Below are positions 1 to 13,724 of a DNA stretch of 64,000 nucleotides, piece after piece. Both the position numbers and the translations under genes were made by a program. Source of the DNA: Laetmonice hystrix (Eukaryota). The stretch spans positions 17,980,001 through 18,044,000 of the forward strand of contig OZ249438.1 of assembly GCA_965235115.1 (NCBI GenBank). Direction: 5' to 3'. The first letter of the stretch is position 1. Each line of letters starts with the position of its first letter. Under the pieces are notes generated by a model. The model was given only the letters and a program-made list of their open reading frames with translations, did no database searches and was not told the DNA's origin.

Positions 1-1352
1 CTTGTGTGCGGACAATGGTGTTCTGGGTGCCCGTCTAAAGCACGGGAAAGCGCAACGTCAGAGGAGCGACTGCCAGCCAATATCTGCTATCAGCCGAAAC
101 GATACGTTTGAGGACGGCTATGCTCCCTCTATGGTAAGTACCACTGTCTGTTTAAATAAAGATGAAATGAGAAACTGCTATCGAGGCAGGAGCTCCTGGA
201 TTGAAGATTGATAAGTTGGTGCTGTGAAGTGAGCTGACGTTTCTGGAACACGTGGCCTCGGCCCAATCCAGGAGATTTCGGTAAGGAAATATATAACGCA
301 CCGTATTTCCCTCTGTAGCAAAGGGAGTAGCAGCCCTAGTCCCCCTCAGACAAAGGGCAAAGGAAAAGAGCATTCTCATTGATGGGGAAAAAATTGCATA
401 TTCACGGTACATACATAAGGTCATCATCATTGGTGGCGGGAAAGGAGATCAGTATTGTATGTGTCGTCTTAGGTTTCTGCTTTGGATCACTGACAAAAGG
501 GAATAGCGGGGAATGTATGGCAAGGGGCCAGTATTGTAGACAACATCCCCCTCCTCCCTCATCGTGCAGAGATAACTGGAACTTGTTGCCAGAACATTGT
601 GTGGCCCAAAGGATGGTGCGTCTTTTGAAGATTTGCCCCTTAGAGGAGGCCAAGAGTGTGCGTACTGAGGAAGTTACTCTTTGATTTTTCCCCCCATGTT
701 GTGATGTGATTGTAGATAAGAGAGACCCTCCCTGCTCACATTGTCACACGCTCCTGGCCGCCCAACATTTCTCTGTGCACTGCCATCTCCCACGTCAGAC
801 GTTGTGACCATTGCTACACATTTGGTGGGCTGTAAAGAACAAAAATGGAGAAGAAATCTTTATATGGTAGAGGTATTTCCGTTTTTGGGTGTGAATGTTT
901 CTAGTATTGCGCCAGTCTTGATGTAAGTACCCAGTGTATTAATGATAAGAGGCCTCTGAAGGTGACATTTCTGAAACTGACAATGCACTTGGTGCGTTCA
1001 TTGGTTAGTGTATAATAGGAACACTTTGTTCTGTAGGGATATATTGTGTATCCACAGTTTATCCTGTGAGAGATCATCTCATCCAAAGCCGTCCACTCCT
1101 CTCTGTAACATCCCAGCAAATTACCAACGAGGACTGGGGTGCACGTGCTGGGCCGGGATTATTGGCCTCCTTCAGTGGCACTGTGTGGCACTCACAATAA
1201 GCCTAACATAGGGAACACGATAACTTCATCAAGTCACTCCCCACAGCACCAACCGGCGGATTCTGAAGCCAGAATATCAGATGTCGGAACACGAGCAATT
1301 TTGCAAACTGCATGTGGCCAAATTGGCGTCATCGTAGATATGTGTTGGTTGC

Positions 1353-1425
1353 TGGGTGGGATGGGGGTGATGAGGTGGTAGTGATAGGGGTGATGAGGTG
1401 GGGGTGATAGGGGTGGGTGGGTGTG
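1353..1425 (+). other. G-run-rich tract (potential G-quadruplex)
   Basis: Multiple G3-G5 runs with short spacers: gggtgggatgggggtgatgagg...ggggtg...gggggtgataggggtgggtgggtgtgg. Confidence 0.45.
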
Positions 1426-4400
1426 GTCAGTAGATTATCTCTCTGTGGCTGTAGCAGGTTTTACCGAACCGAAGTCGTAGAATATAACTTCTATCACTAC
1501 TCCTCAGCTGTCAACGTTTAGTGCTTACGAGCTGGCCAGGTGAAATTAAGAAAGAAAGAGAGAGGAGGAAAAATGGAGGATTTTAACAGCAAGTAGGTAT
1601 TGAAGAGATTGGCAGGAGGGAATGGTATATTGCCAACCATAAACTCTCGCAATGAGAGCGTTGATAAGTTGATGCGCTCTGTTTAGGCTAGAAAAGATCG
1701 TCGATACAACGCTCAATCATATTTTGCGACTACTAACGCAAGTACTTACAGGTATGTAATCGTGCCTGGCGTCTAAATAACGTATAGATGTGGAACATAT
1801 TCATTTATTTTGATAGAATAGGAATAACTGGATTGGATAGGATAGGTAGGCAACCGGAGCTGGAGGTAAACTTAATTCTCTTTTTTCCTTCCATCGATTT
1901 TCGGTATAGGTACATGTACCAATTCAGTGCTGAACATTAAGGCACAACATATATGGAAGAGTCCATCGGAAATTGAAGATATGATTTATTTACCACCATT
2001 GAAGGGAGCCTGGATCTGTCTACCAGCCTTGGCACTGTGGCACTGGAAGAACTCGGTCAACTTTGGTGAACCATCGATGGAGTACAAACTTGGCAGAGAA
2101 TCCGCTTCAGGCAGTAAGTCAGGAGGGACAGCGCTGTGCACAGGTCAATCAGTTTGTTGTGCGGCATCCTCGTCTACCCACATCCACCAATGTCGAAAAT
2201 AAAACGACGATTGAGTTGAGTTTTTGAGATTGTGGCAGCCACGTGGACGCCCCAGTTTATTGTCAGCTGACATCGCATGGCCGACACTGGGTGGAGGGTG
2301 GGGCGGGCAGGCAGGGTTGGCAGGGGATGCGTTTTCTCATCGTGGGAAGCCGGGCGACCTCCATCAAGGTCATTCACTCACGTGCGATCATAAATAATGT
2401 ATCCGTATCAAATATTTCTCTTCATCCTTGGAGTGACTAAGTGCATTAACCAGCTGCGCGTCGGTAGAAGGTATCTCCAAAGGCCAATGCCATCATGGGG
2501 CTAGTGCTAGTATAGGAAAGGTCTTTCAGGGGTTGTCCTTTTAGGTTATATCTCAGATATATGTTGTGTCATTGACCTGGAATAGGGCGATAGGGGACTG
2601 ACGACTGAAGTCAGCGGAGTGCGAGACACACCTTGCCTCCAGGGCACAGATGCCCTTTAATGCAACACATCTGGGTTTTCTGCCTCCTGCAGGCAGAAGC
2701 TGGTGCGTGGCAGCCACAGTGGTATGTGTCATGGCGGCAGTCAGTGGACTGGAAGTAATGCCAACCAGCCAAAAGACCAATAACTCCCCATTGATGTCAT
2801 CAAAATAAACGGAATCAAATTATTGGCTACTTTGTGTAGAAATCAATGTCGGCGCGTGGAGTTCTATCAGGAAGGCTTCACGTGCTGAGTGTAAGGCTGC
2901 CAAATAACACTCAATAAATAAAGTGCCCCGACTAGAAATCCTATGTCAATAAATATAAATAAAAAGAAAACTGTAGGAGAAAGTCCAATTAACAAATGAG
3001 AAGATGAGAGAAGGGAAGTTGTGAAAGTGTCCATTGAAGGAAACACCTTTTACGGGTCAATATTATTCGATCACTAAGAGCCCGGCTTAATGCAAAGCTT
3101 CCTTTTGTGTTGATGGACGCGAATAAGATAACAAGATCAAAGATCAGCTGCAGACTGAGGATATTAACTGGCACGAAAACAAGTCTGTTTGTGGCGGTGG
3201 ATATTGACATTTGTATGAAGTCGGTGAAGTCCGATAATTATGGCTTGAGAGAAAACACAGCGTTGAAAACGTCGGCTGCAAACGCCAACACGCAAGGATT
3301 TATTCAGCGCCAACTTCAGAAGGAAGAGCATAATATACGACAGGTTCGACATCAAATATAAAATATCAACAGAAAGAGTTCCACTGCTTTGATATTTTGT
3401 GTTGTCGCTATATGTAAACTACGCTTTGCTGGAATCGATTGAGACTACGGTTATTTAATATACCGTATATAGCGAGACCTAGATCAAAAGATAAAGCCGA
3501 CCAACTCAGGGATATATTAGACAGCCCTCAAACTGAGATAGAATAGTAATACGAAAGGAACATGATTGTTGTTTTCTCCTAGTACCACATTTTACAGGGA
3601 TCCTACTGTATATTCCACTTAGTTTGAGGAATGGCTTCTCCTAGGATCTAGCGATGGCTTCTGCTTGGATAGATCTAGTTATGAATTCGACTTGGGCCAA
3701 GTATTCTGCTTGGATCAAGCGATGAATTGAGCTTGGACTAAGTGATGGACCCTGCATGGATCCAGGGATGAATCCAGAGGTAGGTGGGCGAGCTGGAGAC
3801 ACAGGAGGGTGAGGGGCAAACCCAGCTGACATCAAAGAACATGGAAGATGAAAGGGCCATGCTCTCTCTTCTGCCCCGGCAGCTGACATGAAACAATGAT
3901 ATGCGATTCTGGCGGTGTCATCAATATTAGATGGCCGCCTGACAGACTAAACCCAGGCTGGCGGGTGACAGACAGGGCCGGAGGTAGGGACATCTGGTGG
4001 GGTGTAGGAGGGAGGGGAGACCCGTCGGGTTGGGTAGGGGGCAGGCTGACCACCAGCTCTCACCCGCCGCCTCGCTGGGGGTCAGACCGCTGTCCTTGAC
4101 CTTGGTCGGGGAGCGCAGGGGTCAACACTCGGATCATGACGCTGTATACGGTCCGTATATTGTCACATTGAATGGTTTAGTACTGATGGGACTTTTAAGG
4201 AGTTTGCTTGCTGGCAGACTTGGTTCACACAGTGAAAAACTGCACCGGCACACAGTGAGTGCCATAACATCAAGCTATCAGAGTGGTTGTTTGCACATAT
4301 AAATGGGTGCTTGCTGAATTAGGTGTATCAAAGCATCACCAGGCTCTATATCGTGTAGTGTGTTGACACAGACCAGATCGCAATGGGTCGGAGAGTGGAG

Positions 4401-4748
4401 CTTCTCAGTGCTTGGAGCAGTCTGTGTTTGAATTTAAGGCAGCCAGGTACACTGTGTTGGCACACTGGCCTGCAGGTTTGGTATGGTAGACAACATGGGG
4501 AAACACTAACCTGCAGGTCTGCCTGGCCTGTACAAGGTACAGAGTGTACCAAAGGCCTGCAGATTTGGCTGCGAGAGAAGATTTACAATATCTACGTAGC
4601 CGGTACTGACCTCCAGAGCTATAGTAGCATTATAGCCAGTTTATGGGAAAACAGATCTGTAGATGTAACTTGGGCAAAGGGTCCACATAATATTATCGAT
4701 ACGTGTTTTACTGGTGGACTTGACAGGCTTGTGCCCCCCCCCCCCCCT

Positions 4749-5698
4749 CAGGCCTGCAGATCTGACTGGTGTCGACAGGGTCCACAATGCTGTTACACAG
4801 GCCTGCATGTTTGACTGGTGTAGACAGGGTCCACAATGCTCCCACAAAGGCCTGCATGTTTGACTGGTGTAGACAGGGTCCACAATGCTCCCACACAGGC
4901 CTGTAGGTCTGACTGGTGTAGACAGGGTCCACAATGCTCTCACACAGGCCTGTAGGTCTGACTGGTGTAGACAGGGTCCACAATGCTCCCACACAGGCCT
5001 GCAGGTCTGGTGTAGACAGGGTCCACAATGCTCTCACACAGGCCTGTAGGTCTGACTGGTGTAGACAGGGTCCACAATGCTCTCACACAGGCCTGCAGGT
5101 CTGGTGTAGACAGGGTCCACAATGCTCCCACACAGGCCTGTAGGTCTGACTGGTGTAGACAGGGTCCACAATGCTCTCACACAGGCCTGCAGGTCTGACT
5201 GGTGTCGACAGGGTCCACAATGCTCTCACACAGGCCTGCAGGTCTGGTGTAGACAGGGTCCACAATGCTCCCACAAAGGCCTGCATGTTTGACTGGTGTA
5301 GACAGGGTCCACAATGCTCCCACACAGGCCTGTAGGTCTGACTGGTGTAGACAGGGTCCACAATGCTCCCACACAGGCCTGTAGGTCTGACTGGTGTAGA
5401 CAGGGTCCACAATGCTCTCACACAGGCCTGCAGGTCTGGTGTAGACAGGGTCCACAATGCTCCCACAAAGGCCTGCATGTTTGACTGGTGTAGACAGGGT
5501 CCACAATGCTCCCACACAGGCCTGTAGGTCTGACTGGTGTCGACAGGGTCCACAATGCTCTCACACAGGCCTGCAGGTCTGACTGGTGTCGACAGGGTCC
5601 ACAATGCTCTCACACAGGCCTGTAGGTCTGACTGGTGTCGACAGGGTCCACAATGCTCTCACACAGGCCTGCAGGTTTAACTTGTGTAGACAGGGTCC
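4749..5698. repeat. Minisatellite, 49-bp unit with a 45-bp variant, ~19-20 copies
   Basis: Consensus caggcctgtaggtctgactggtgtagacagggtccacaatgctcccaca. Variants lack 'gact' (45 bp) or read aaggcctgcatgtttgact. Degenerate copies lie upstream at ~4440-4700. Confidence 0.95.
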
Positions 5699-7406
5699 CC
5701 AATAATGTACCACGTGGCTGGCAGGGAACCCTGTAGTTTTGGATGGCAGATAGCGTGAGACCCGCTTTCTTTACGAACTTTGGACGTCCTAGTGTTTGTC
5801 CCACAACTGTTTACAAGGGAAGTAACCACATCAGACAGAGCATAGCGAACGCCTTAAGGTTTGCAGGCCAGGGGCCAGCTTAGCATTCTCCTCAACACAA
5901 ACCCGCCTGTCAGCGTGCATGCAACTCCTTCCCTGGGAAACGTTTCTGCTAGATTCTGGGCTGTCTACAGATAATTACGGTATTCATACGACAGGCTGCC
6001 GCCGTGGAAGATGCCCATGGAAATCTCAAGGGAGCTGCACGTATTGGAGCAGCCACCTGAAAAGATTATTGTATTGGGCAAATCAGGACAAGTCAGCGTT
6101 GGCAACGTCGTGTTTCTGGTGCCCCAGTACATTTTAACATTTTGTGTATGCCGTCCATTCGGAATCCCTCCGAGTCGATCTTTTGTTGCTGCACTGCACA
6201 AGGCACCAACAGACACGAAAACAAGCTCAAGCCCGCTAGTCTGCATCTTTGTGCTTCTGTTATACTGCCTCTCTCTCTCCAGCTCTCTGTCTGAGTGCTC
6301 GGCTGCCTGCGTGTCACTTACTCAGTCTACCCCGCGTCTGTGTCTGTCTGCCAATCTGTCTGCCAATCTGCGGCTAGAAACGTTTCCCTTACACTTTTCA
6401 TTATAAGTTTTCCTTTATTTTTTGTACGTACTTAGTTTGATCCACTGTGTCTGTCTTTGTACATCAGACTTTATCTGATATAATTAATGACCATTCCTCC
6501 CAGATGTCACGCCTTCAGCCTCAAAGTGATCAGGTTGCGCGATGATTCTGTATCGGTGGCACGAATTCGACGTTCGAAATCTGATAGAGGTTGCTTTATG
6601 CTGGCGGATTGGGTTTTAACTTTAAGTGAAAGAAACGAGTGATTTTCATCAGGACGGTTACAAATCACAATCAAATCAAACATTAAATCTAGGATTTTAA
6701 TCATTTTATGCACAAAATATTCTTCCGCTTTGAACAAAGGCTATCGAGGACAACACGCTTTGGAAATAGAACATGGAGGATGTTATCTATATTGACGATC
6801 ATTGGTAACTGTTATTACTCTTATCAATTGAATTCATGAAGTTGACTGTAAGTATAAAAGCTTAATGGCCTCGAATCCTTTTAATTAAATGGCTGAAATT
6901 ATAGGAGGTCCATAGAATGATACAGAACACTTCTCAACGTATCTGTCGACCTCCAAGAGTCAGAGGCGTGTTGCTTGCAATGAGGAAAATCGCATACAAG
7001 TAATACATTCTCATTCCTTATATACAAATGTTATATTCCTGCTTCATCAGTGTTACATAACTAAATTGTTGGGAAGCTGTGATGATATTAGACCAGAGCC
7101 TTTGCTTACAGAGCATTAGCGTCCCAAGTTTCCTCCTTGATCTTGCAGTAGAGATGAGTTTTTATCAAAGAGCTTCCGTTGCCGAGCATCTTCTGGTAGA
7201 TTGATCAAGGAATGATGAAGGAGCGTCTGGATTGTTAATATCGTCCGCACCCGTCTCAGAAATAACTTATCTGTTAAATTGACTTTGGTCCAAACGGACT
7301 TTTTAATGTTTTGCTCGGATGCTGCGTTACTACAGACAAAAGAGGATGGGGATAAGAGAGGCCTGGCAGGCGGTCGGAGAAAGAGCCTGCAAGGTTTCTT
7401 CCAGCC

Positions 7407-7466
7407 AGGAGGAGGAGGAGGAGGAGGAAGAAGAAGAAGAAGAGGGGAGGAGGAGGAGGAGGAGGA
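7407..7466. repeat. Compound polypurine microsatellite (GGA)n(GAA)n(GGA)n
   Basis: aggaggaggaggaggaggaggaagaagaagaagaagaggggaggaggaggaggaggagga, read directly; roughly mirror-symmetric. Confidence 0.9.
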
Positions 7467-8519
7467 CTGACAGTCGGATCAGTACAAAATTCAATCACAC
7501 AGATTCTGCTCCAGGTTGTTTGTGTAACAACATTAGATGAATAGTTAGGGATTGCCACATTTAGCACATAATGCTCCAAAACTCTGGAAACCCGAGTTGA
7601 TACGACTCGAGGTGCCAGCAAGGATACTGTGTTATAGTACTGATAGAGTAACCGTGTGCAGATTTCTGGGTCGTCAAACGGAATTTGTAAGTAGTATAAA
7701 CCGGAACAACCACGGAGATCCCAGGGGTATGTCCCCGGGGGAAGTGAAGTACGTAATGAGTGAACAACATTGTTAGGATGGTCAGGATTCCAGTGACATG
7801 TCTACGTCACGGTCACCGTCACCGGCGTCACACCCATGGAGGTGTCCCTCTACCCCACGTGAGGATTTCACCAGCCTGACTTAATGAGAGCTGGTCTAAT
7901 GGAGCAGTCGCTGGCTTACCACCAGGGGTCGCCTCGCACGGCCTCAAGGGGTCAACACTGAGGTCAGAGGATGGAAATGTTTTAATGTATATGGCAGACT
8001 GTCTGGCCGATCAGGTTACTTTGGGAAACCCTCTGTCCGTCTCCTACCAGCCAGGGTGATCTGTGGGGGAGTGCACTCCTCCCATACCTTACTGTGACCT
8101 GCCAGGTTCCTACTGCCCACCCAGTGTATCGAGTTTGGATCATTGATGAGGTTCCAGGCGGTCGCAGTGAGGGACCCTCTAGCATTTCTCCCTCCCTTTC
8201 CTCCTCGCCAGCCGTATGATGACTAATCAAGGGTAAAACGTCCTCACCCCTGTACGTCCTGCGGAGTGGGGGGGGGGGTGCAGCACTCTCCCCAGAAAAC
8301 CTCACCGCCCCTGGAGTGAGCAATGGCTCCCTTGGTGTATTAAAGCGCCCTGACCTTTGACCCCGACCGCTCCCAGTGTTTATCTATGCAGCTGTCTGCT
8401 GCTGTCAGATTAGGCTGCGACCCCGTCCGGCTCATTAGGACGGCATCGGCCGGCCCTGACAGGTGTCACCCCCGTCAGGTACCGACTGACAGCTCCGTCC
8501 GCTCCCCTCCCCCCTCCTC

Positions 8520-9410
8520 CACCCACAACCGACCGGTCTAAGGTCTCACCCACAACCTGCCGGTCCAAGGTCTCACCCACAACCGGCCGGTCTAAGGTCT
8601 CACCCACAACCTGCCAGTCTAAGATCTCACCCACAACTTACCGGTCCAAGGTCTCACCCACAACCGACCGGTCCATGTCTCACCCACAACCGGCCGGTCT
8701 AAGGTCTCACCCACAACCGGCTGGTCCAAGGTCTCACCCACAACCGACCGGTCCATGTCTCACACACAACCGGCCGGTCCATGTCTCACACACAACCGGC
8801 CGGTCCATGTCTCACACACAACCGGCCGGTCCATGTCTCACCCACAACCTGCCGGTCCATGTCTCACACACAACCTGCCAGTCCATGTCTCACCCACAAC
8901 CGACCGGTCCATGTCTCACCCACAACCGACCGGTCCATGTCTCACCCACAACCTGCCGGTCCATGTCTCACCCACAACCGACCGGTCCATGTCTCACCCA
9001 CAACCGGCCGGTCCATGTCTCACCCACAACCGGCCGGTCCATGTCTCACCCACAATCGACCGGTCCATGTCTCACCCACAACCGGCCGGTCCATGTCTCA
9101 CCCACAACCTGCCGGCCCAAGGTCTCACATACAACCTGCCGGTCCATGTCTCACCCACATCCGGCCGGTCCATGTCTCACCCACAACCGGCCGGTCCATG
9201 TCTCACCCACAACCGGCTGGTCCAAGGTCTCACCCACAACCGGCCGGTCCATGTCTCACACACAACCGGCCGGTCCCATGTCTCACACACAACCGGCCGG
9301 TCCATGTCTCACACACAACCGGCCGGTCCCATGTCTCACACACAACCGGCCGGTCCATGTCTCACACACAACCGGCCGGCCCACGTCCAAGGTCTCGCCC
9401 ACAACCGGCC
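8520..9410. repeat. Minisatellite, 26/27-bp unit, ~34 copies
   Basis: Unit gtctcacccacaaccggccggtccat (26 bp); copies at the 5' end mostly end in aag (27 bp). Contains the 10-bp palindrome accggccggt. Confidence 0.95.
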
Positions 9411-10057
9411 AACCCAGACAAACACACGCACACAAACTGGGATGGCACAGCACATGGCGCCCTTAGTCATTAAAGTTTTAAACACAGTTTCCCAACAAAA
9501 ACGGTATAATTAAGACAAAGGGATTGTCATGTCAAGTCCATTGTTGCCTGCAGACTCCCCTTTGTGACGACGAGCCATTGATAGTAGGGGAGCTGGTGGC
9601 ATTGAGAGGGGGCGGGGATGGAGATTAGGTGACGAGATTGTTAGTTACGTTGATGACGCAGTCAGGTTGGGCTGGACTCCTGTCCACCACAATGGTACTG
9701 ACAGGTCTATTGTCCCGTACGTCCCCCACCTCGGCGGGGTGTGCGCGCCGGGGTTGGGGAGAGGACTGGCAGACTGGTAAACGTTTTGAGGGTCAGCACA
9801 ACTTGTTATCACATGCTTCAATTAGCTGTCTCTATGTTGATACGGTTTTCCTTCAAGCCAGGTTTCTGGGCTGTCGTCAGACTCGCCACAGAACAGTTAC
9901 TGTCTCCCAGAAGGGTGGATTAACGTCAGCGTATTTAGATAGGTACTATTCATTGCATTGAATGTTTGCAGATTTTGGGATGAGATGTAGGCCTACTGTC
10001 AGCTTCCCGGTCATCTTATTGTAGCAACCGCGCCACACTCTAGAGGCACCAAAAAAA

Positions 10058-10060
<3 letters not shown>

Positions 10061-10088
<28 letters not shown>
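10061..10088. repeat. (AAAT)7 microsatellite
   Basis: aaat repeated 7 times after a short A-tract. Confidence 0.9.
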
Positions 10089-12629
10089 GGCCGAGATATT
10101 TTCTCTGGTAGTCCATCTTCAGACAGGCAACACCCCTCAGGCCGTTTAAGGTCGAGCTTTCAGACTGAAAAATAACTAACGAAATGAGCTAGTATTTCGG
10201 CTTTGTATTTTGGAAATAACACAATGCTTTTGTCTTAACTCAGTACAGGGCAGGATTCGGAAAAAGGACCTTCTTATCACAGATTAATGCATATTGAATG
10301 GGAATTACCACCCTGTGAACTCTTATGATGTTGTCAGAATGAGGTTTTCAATATAATTTACATGGATACAATTACCCAGATAATGTGATCCCTACATTAT
10401 GGGATTCCCCAAGGTTCGGAGATCAAAGTATGCCGTTTCTCCTGTGACTGGTTATTGACTGCATGAGTTCATACCTTGACGTCCAGTGAGTGAGGAGGAT
10501 GTGGATGGTGAGATGGTGAGGGGAGAGAGGGCCACCCGGGCCACCAGTACCTGTAACCTCGCCCTCATGTTCCCACCACGAAATGTCGACCTGGGTGCAT
10601 GCCTGTGGCAGGCCCTCCCTCCGATTTCCAATCAGGCGAGCATAGTTAGGGTGTCAGGGTAATGGTGATATATGGGGCCAATCTGGGAGCATCATTAATC
10701 TGACCCTGGAGGTGATGAATAGTCCCGCCCCTCCTACCAACTCTAATCCACCCATCCACCCCGAATTACACCGCTCAACTCTCTTCACAGTCAATGTTGA
10801 TGTAAGGATGAAAAACCTGAAAACGACTTGGTGCAAACATTTCACGGGTCAAAGTATGACTAACGAGAGACGAAGCTGAGTGGCCGTGTTTGTGGGGAAT
10901 TCGTAAGGTACTTTGAGCTATGTAGAATTATTTGTAAATGTAGAAATAATGTCGGAGGGTCGGAGTTGTGATGAGTGGTGACGGGTTAGAGGATGGAAAG
11001 AAAGGATTGAGCGGTGGGTGAGGCTGACCAGGCTAGCGGTAGTCTGTACCGTGGGGGCCTGCTGTGTTGGGAGGTCCCATCGATCAGGCTAGAGATAGTG
11101 GCGATGATATTAATACAGAACCAGGTCCGCTCTGGGATCAGGGCGTGTCATAAATTGTACAAATAACATCGACACTCGGGGCCAGCAAGGAGCCAGACTG
11201 TGGGCTCCGGGGGTATCTGATGTACCATGTGAAACCCTCACAGGCAGGAAAAATTACACTGTTGGCTTATTACATATAGAATGTGGATGATATATCGAGG
11301 TGAATTAAATTTGTAGGGTAGAATATATAGGGTGAAGTCAAACGTACCAAGCCGGGACCGTTGGTCTGGGCAGGATTCCTGATGGTACGCTGTGTATGAG
11401 GCCAACTGTGGAGGACCAATTACACGGACTGAATGAGATTTATACCCGATACTATGGGAAGAGCATAGTCAGGAACTGGCCACTGATAGCTTGAGTACAT
11501 CACCACAGAATGAAAACAAACATTTACTAAGTCGGGAACACCTCCCACCATAGATTGCAGCACGTTAATAATGCATAGAATGCATTCATGACGGTACATT
11601 GATAAGGGACGTCGATCAGGGTGGTTTGCTTGGACTTTAATAGGTGGCGGGAGTTGAATGGGAGGCCGCCCAGATTGGCGCTGACGGCCGTCCTTTACAG
11701 CTCCATCAGGCCAATCGGCGAACACACGATGGCCGCTAATGGCTGCCGTGTCGCTCATGTCTAACTGTCGGAGGACATTGCATATCTCGACGTCAACGTC
11801 AGCCCGTCTCACGGCACGTGGGACGGACGACAAAGGCCGCGTCCATAGCGGAAAAACGGCCAGCAGAACTTGACAAACATCTCATAATGTTTTCCTACCT
11901 CCCCGACAAGCGGAGTTTGCAACAGAGCAGTTTATTGAAAGCTACAGACGAGTACAGACAGAGACTGCAATGGTTACAGCTATAGGAAACTGTCGAAGAC
12001 AGCATGAATGACTCAGAACCGAACGCGAACAAAAAAAAATGAAATGATCATCATCTGCATTAAGCTCACTGTGTGCGTGCCATGCCGAAATAAAAACGAT
12101 ATCCGCACAGCTGCCGATCATGTAACTTGGGGTCCGTACCAGAACGCGTGCAAGTAACGACAGTTGTTGCAGAAACCTGTCTGTGACCGGCAGAAAGTTA
12201 TTTTGGTTGCTTAGAAGCGATGCCATTAAGAAACAGTCCCACGATACTGCCAGTGAATAAGACAAAGACATCCTATCCAACGTGTTCAAAGGTGACTAAA
12301 CAGAAAGCGCTTGGTTTTATAACATGAAACGGCAAAAATCTGGTCGTGATATTGTCTCTCGACTATTAAATGGATTCATGAAACGGGAGGAGGGAATGTT
12401 AAACTCTATTTGAAAGTCAGCATTCTCGAAGAACAAAGAGAGACGAACTCTATATCGTACCCTTAATCCTGGGACAGTGTATAATGCTATTGTATTACAT
12501 GTGGGTTGCATGGACTTTTTAAACTGCTGTTGTAGAACAAAATGCGATCTCTTTGTTCTGCCTTGTGGTGATACGGAGGACTAAAACCTGTGACGTACCT
12601 TCCGGACACGCACTGGATCCCTGAACCAC

Positions 12630-12684
12630 GCTTACAATGACAAACACCCATGTAGAACAGCTTACAATGACAAACACCCATGTA
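12630..12684. repeat. Two-copy tandem duplication, 30-bp period
   Basis: gcttacaatgacaaacacccatgta at 12630 and 12660. Confidence 0.85.
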
Positions 12685-13724
12685 TAAGTTGGCAGCGGTA
12701 AGCTTGGGCTCTGTTTGGGTACACGAAGGTGGACCCTTTTGTTAAGCCATACCTTAGGTGTGGGGACATAAGAGCTGTCCTCGCAGGACATATAATTGGA
12801 ACATCAGGACACAGAGATAAAAGGGGGAAACTGGGTCAAGTCGATTTCCTCGCCATTACTGTAATGAATAAATTGCAGAAACTCTGTCTGTCGGTGGAGG
12901 TCTGTGATTTGTTGACTTTCTGTGCTCATCACACGGTAGTTGTCAATGACATCACAGGAAACGCTTAGGCAATCGCTGCAGGCTAAGTCTGTGGGAACTC
13001 TTCAATATCGAGGCAGAAGAAAGGCATCACGGTTAGAAGGGGGTTGACATGGCAACGGGGACTTTCAGGGTGATCAATGGAGTCTGACAAGGTGCAGAAT
13101 GTCACACTGAGTCACGTTGTCAGGTCACTGAAACTCTCCCCTAGAGTTGTCATGGTAACTTGTGACATGATATTGCTAAGAAACAACCGTGCATGACCAG
13201 TAGATGGACAGAGTCAGCGTATGAGCGTGCTTAGTGCGCAGGTAGCCGGAAAATGAGACAAATCAAGTCAATCACACTCATATTTCATGTCTGTTTTGCC
13301 CTATTTTTAAGACGTATCACGGTTAAAGCATTTGATAAAGATGTACATGTATAGGAAATGGAATTCCGAGACCCGTTCCCCGCCCAGTTCCCAAAATGTA
13401 TTTATATGACAGCCTGTCCTTTATTCTTCCCAACTTAGTAAGGTGCACTCGATTCTGATCCATTTTTTATCGTCTGATAACTATAGACATGGTAATATGA
13501 CATGTCCTGCAGTGCAGTCTGTCTGCAACAGGCAAGTAAAGTATTTTACCATCATGATGGTAATATCTCAAGCATTGGCCCTGTCTCCTATATAGATAGC
13601 ATTATTGAACCAGAACCCATTTTCCACAACGAATGAATTGAATGGTTCGTATTTATTCCAAACACCCATTTAGGACACATGCCCTCAACGAAAACAATGT
13701 TACATTTAATACGCAATATTCTTG

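Noticed and set aside
4641-5804. Repetitive minus-strand ORFs (LWTLSTP...)
   Set aside because: Translations of the 49/45-bp array.
6011-6406. KIIVLGKSGQ resembling a GTPase P-loop
   Set aside because: Lacks the GxxxxGK(S/T) completion and the downstream DxxG/NKxD motifs.
8675-9513. Three overlapping 230-263-aa ORFs
   Set aside because: All three frames are open within the 26-bp repeat.
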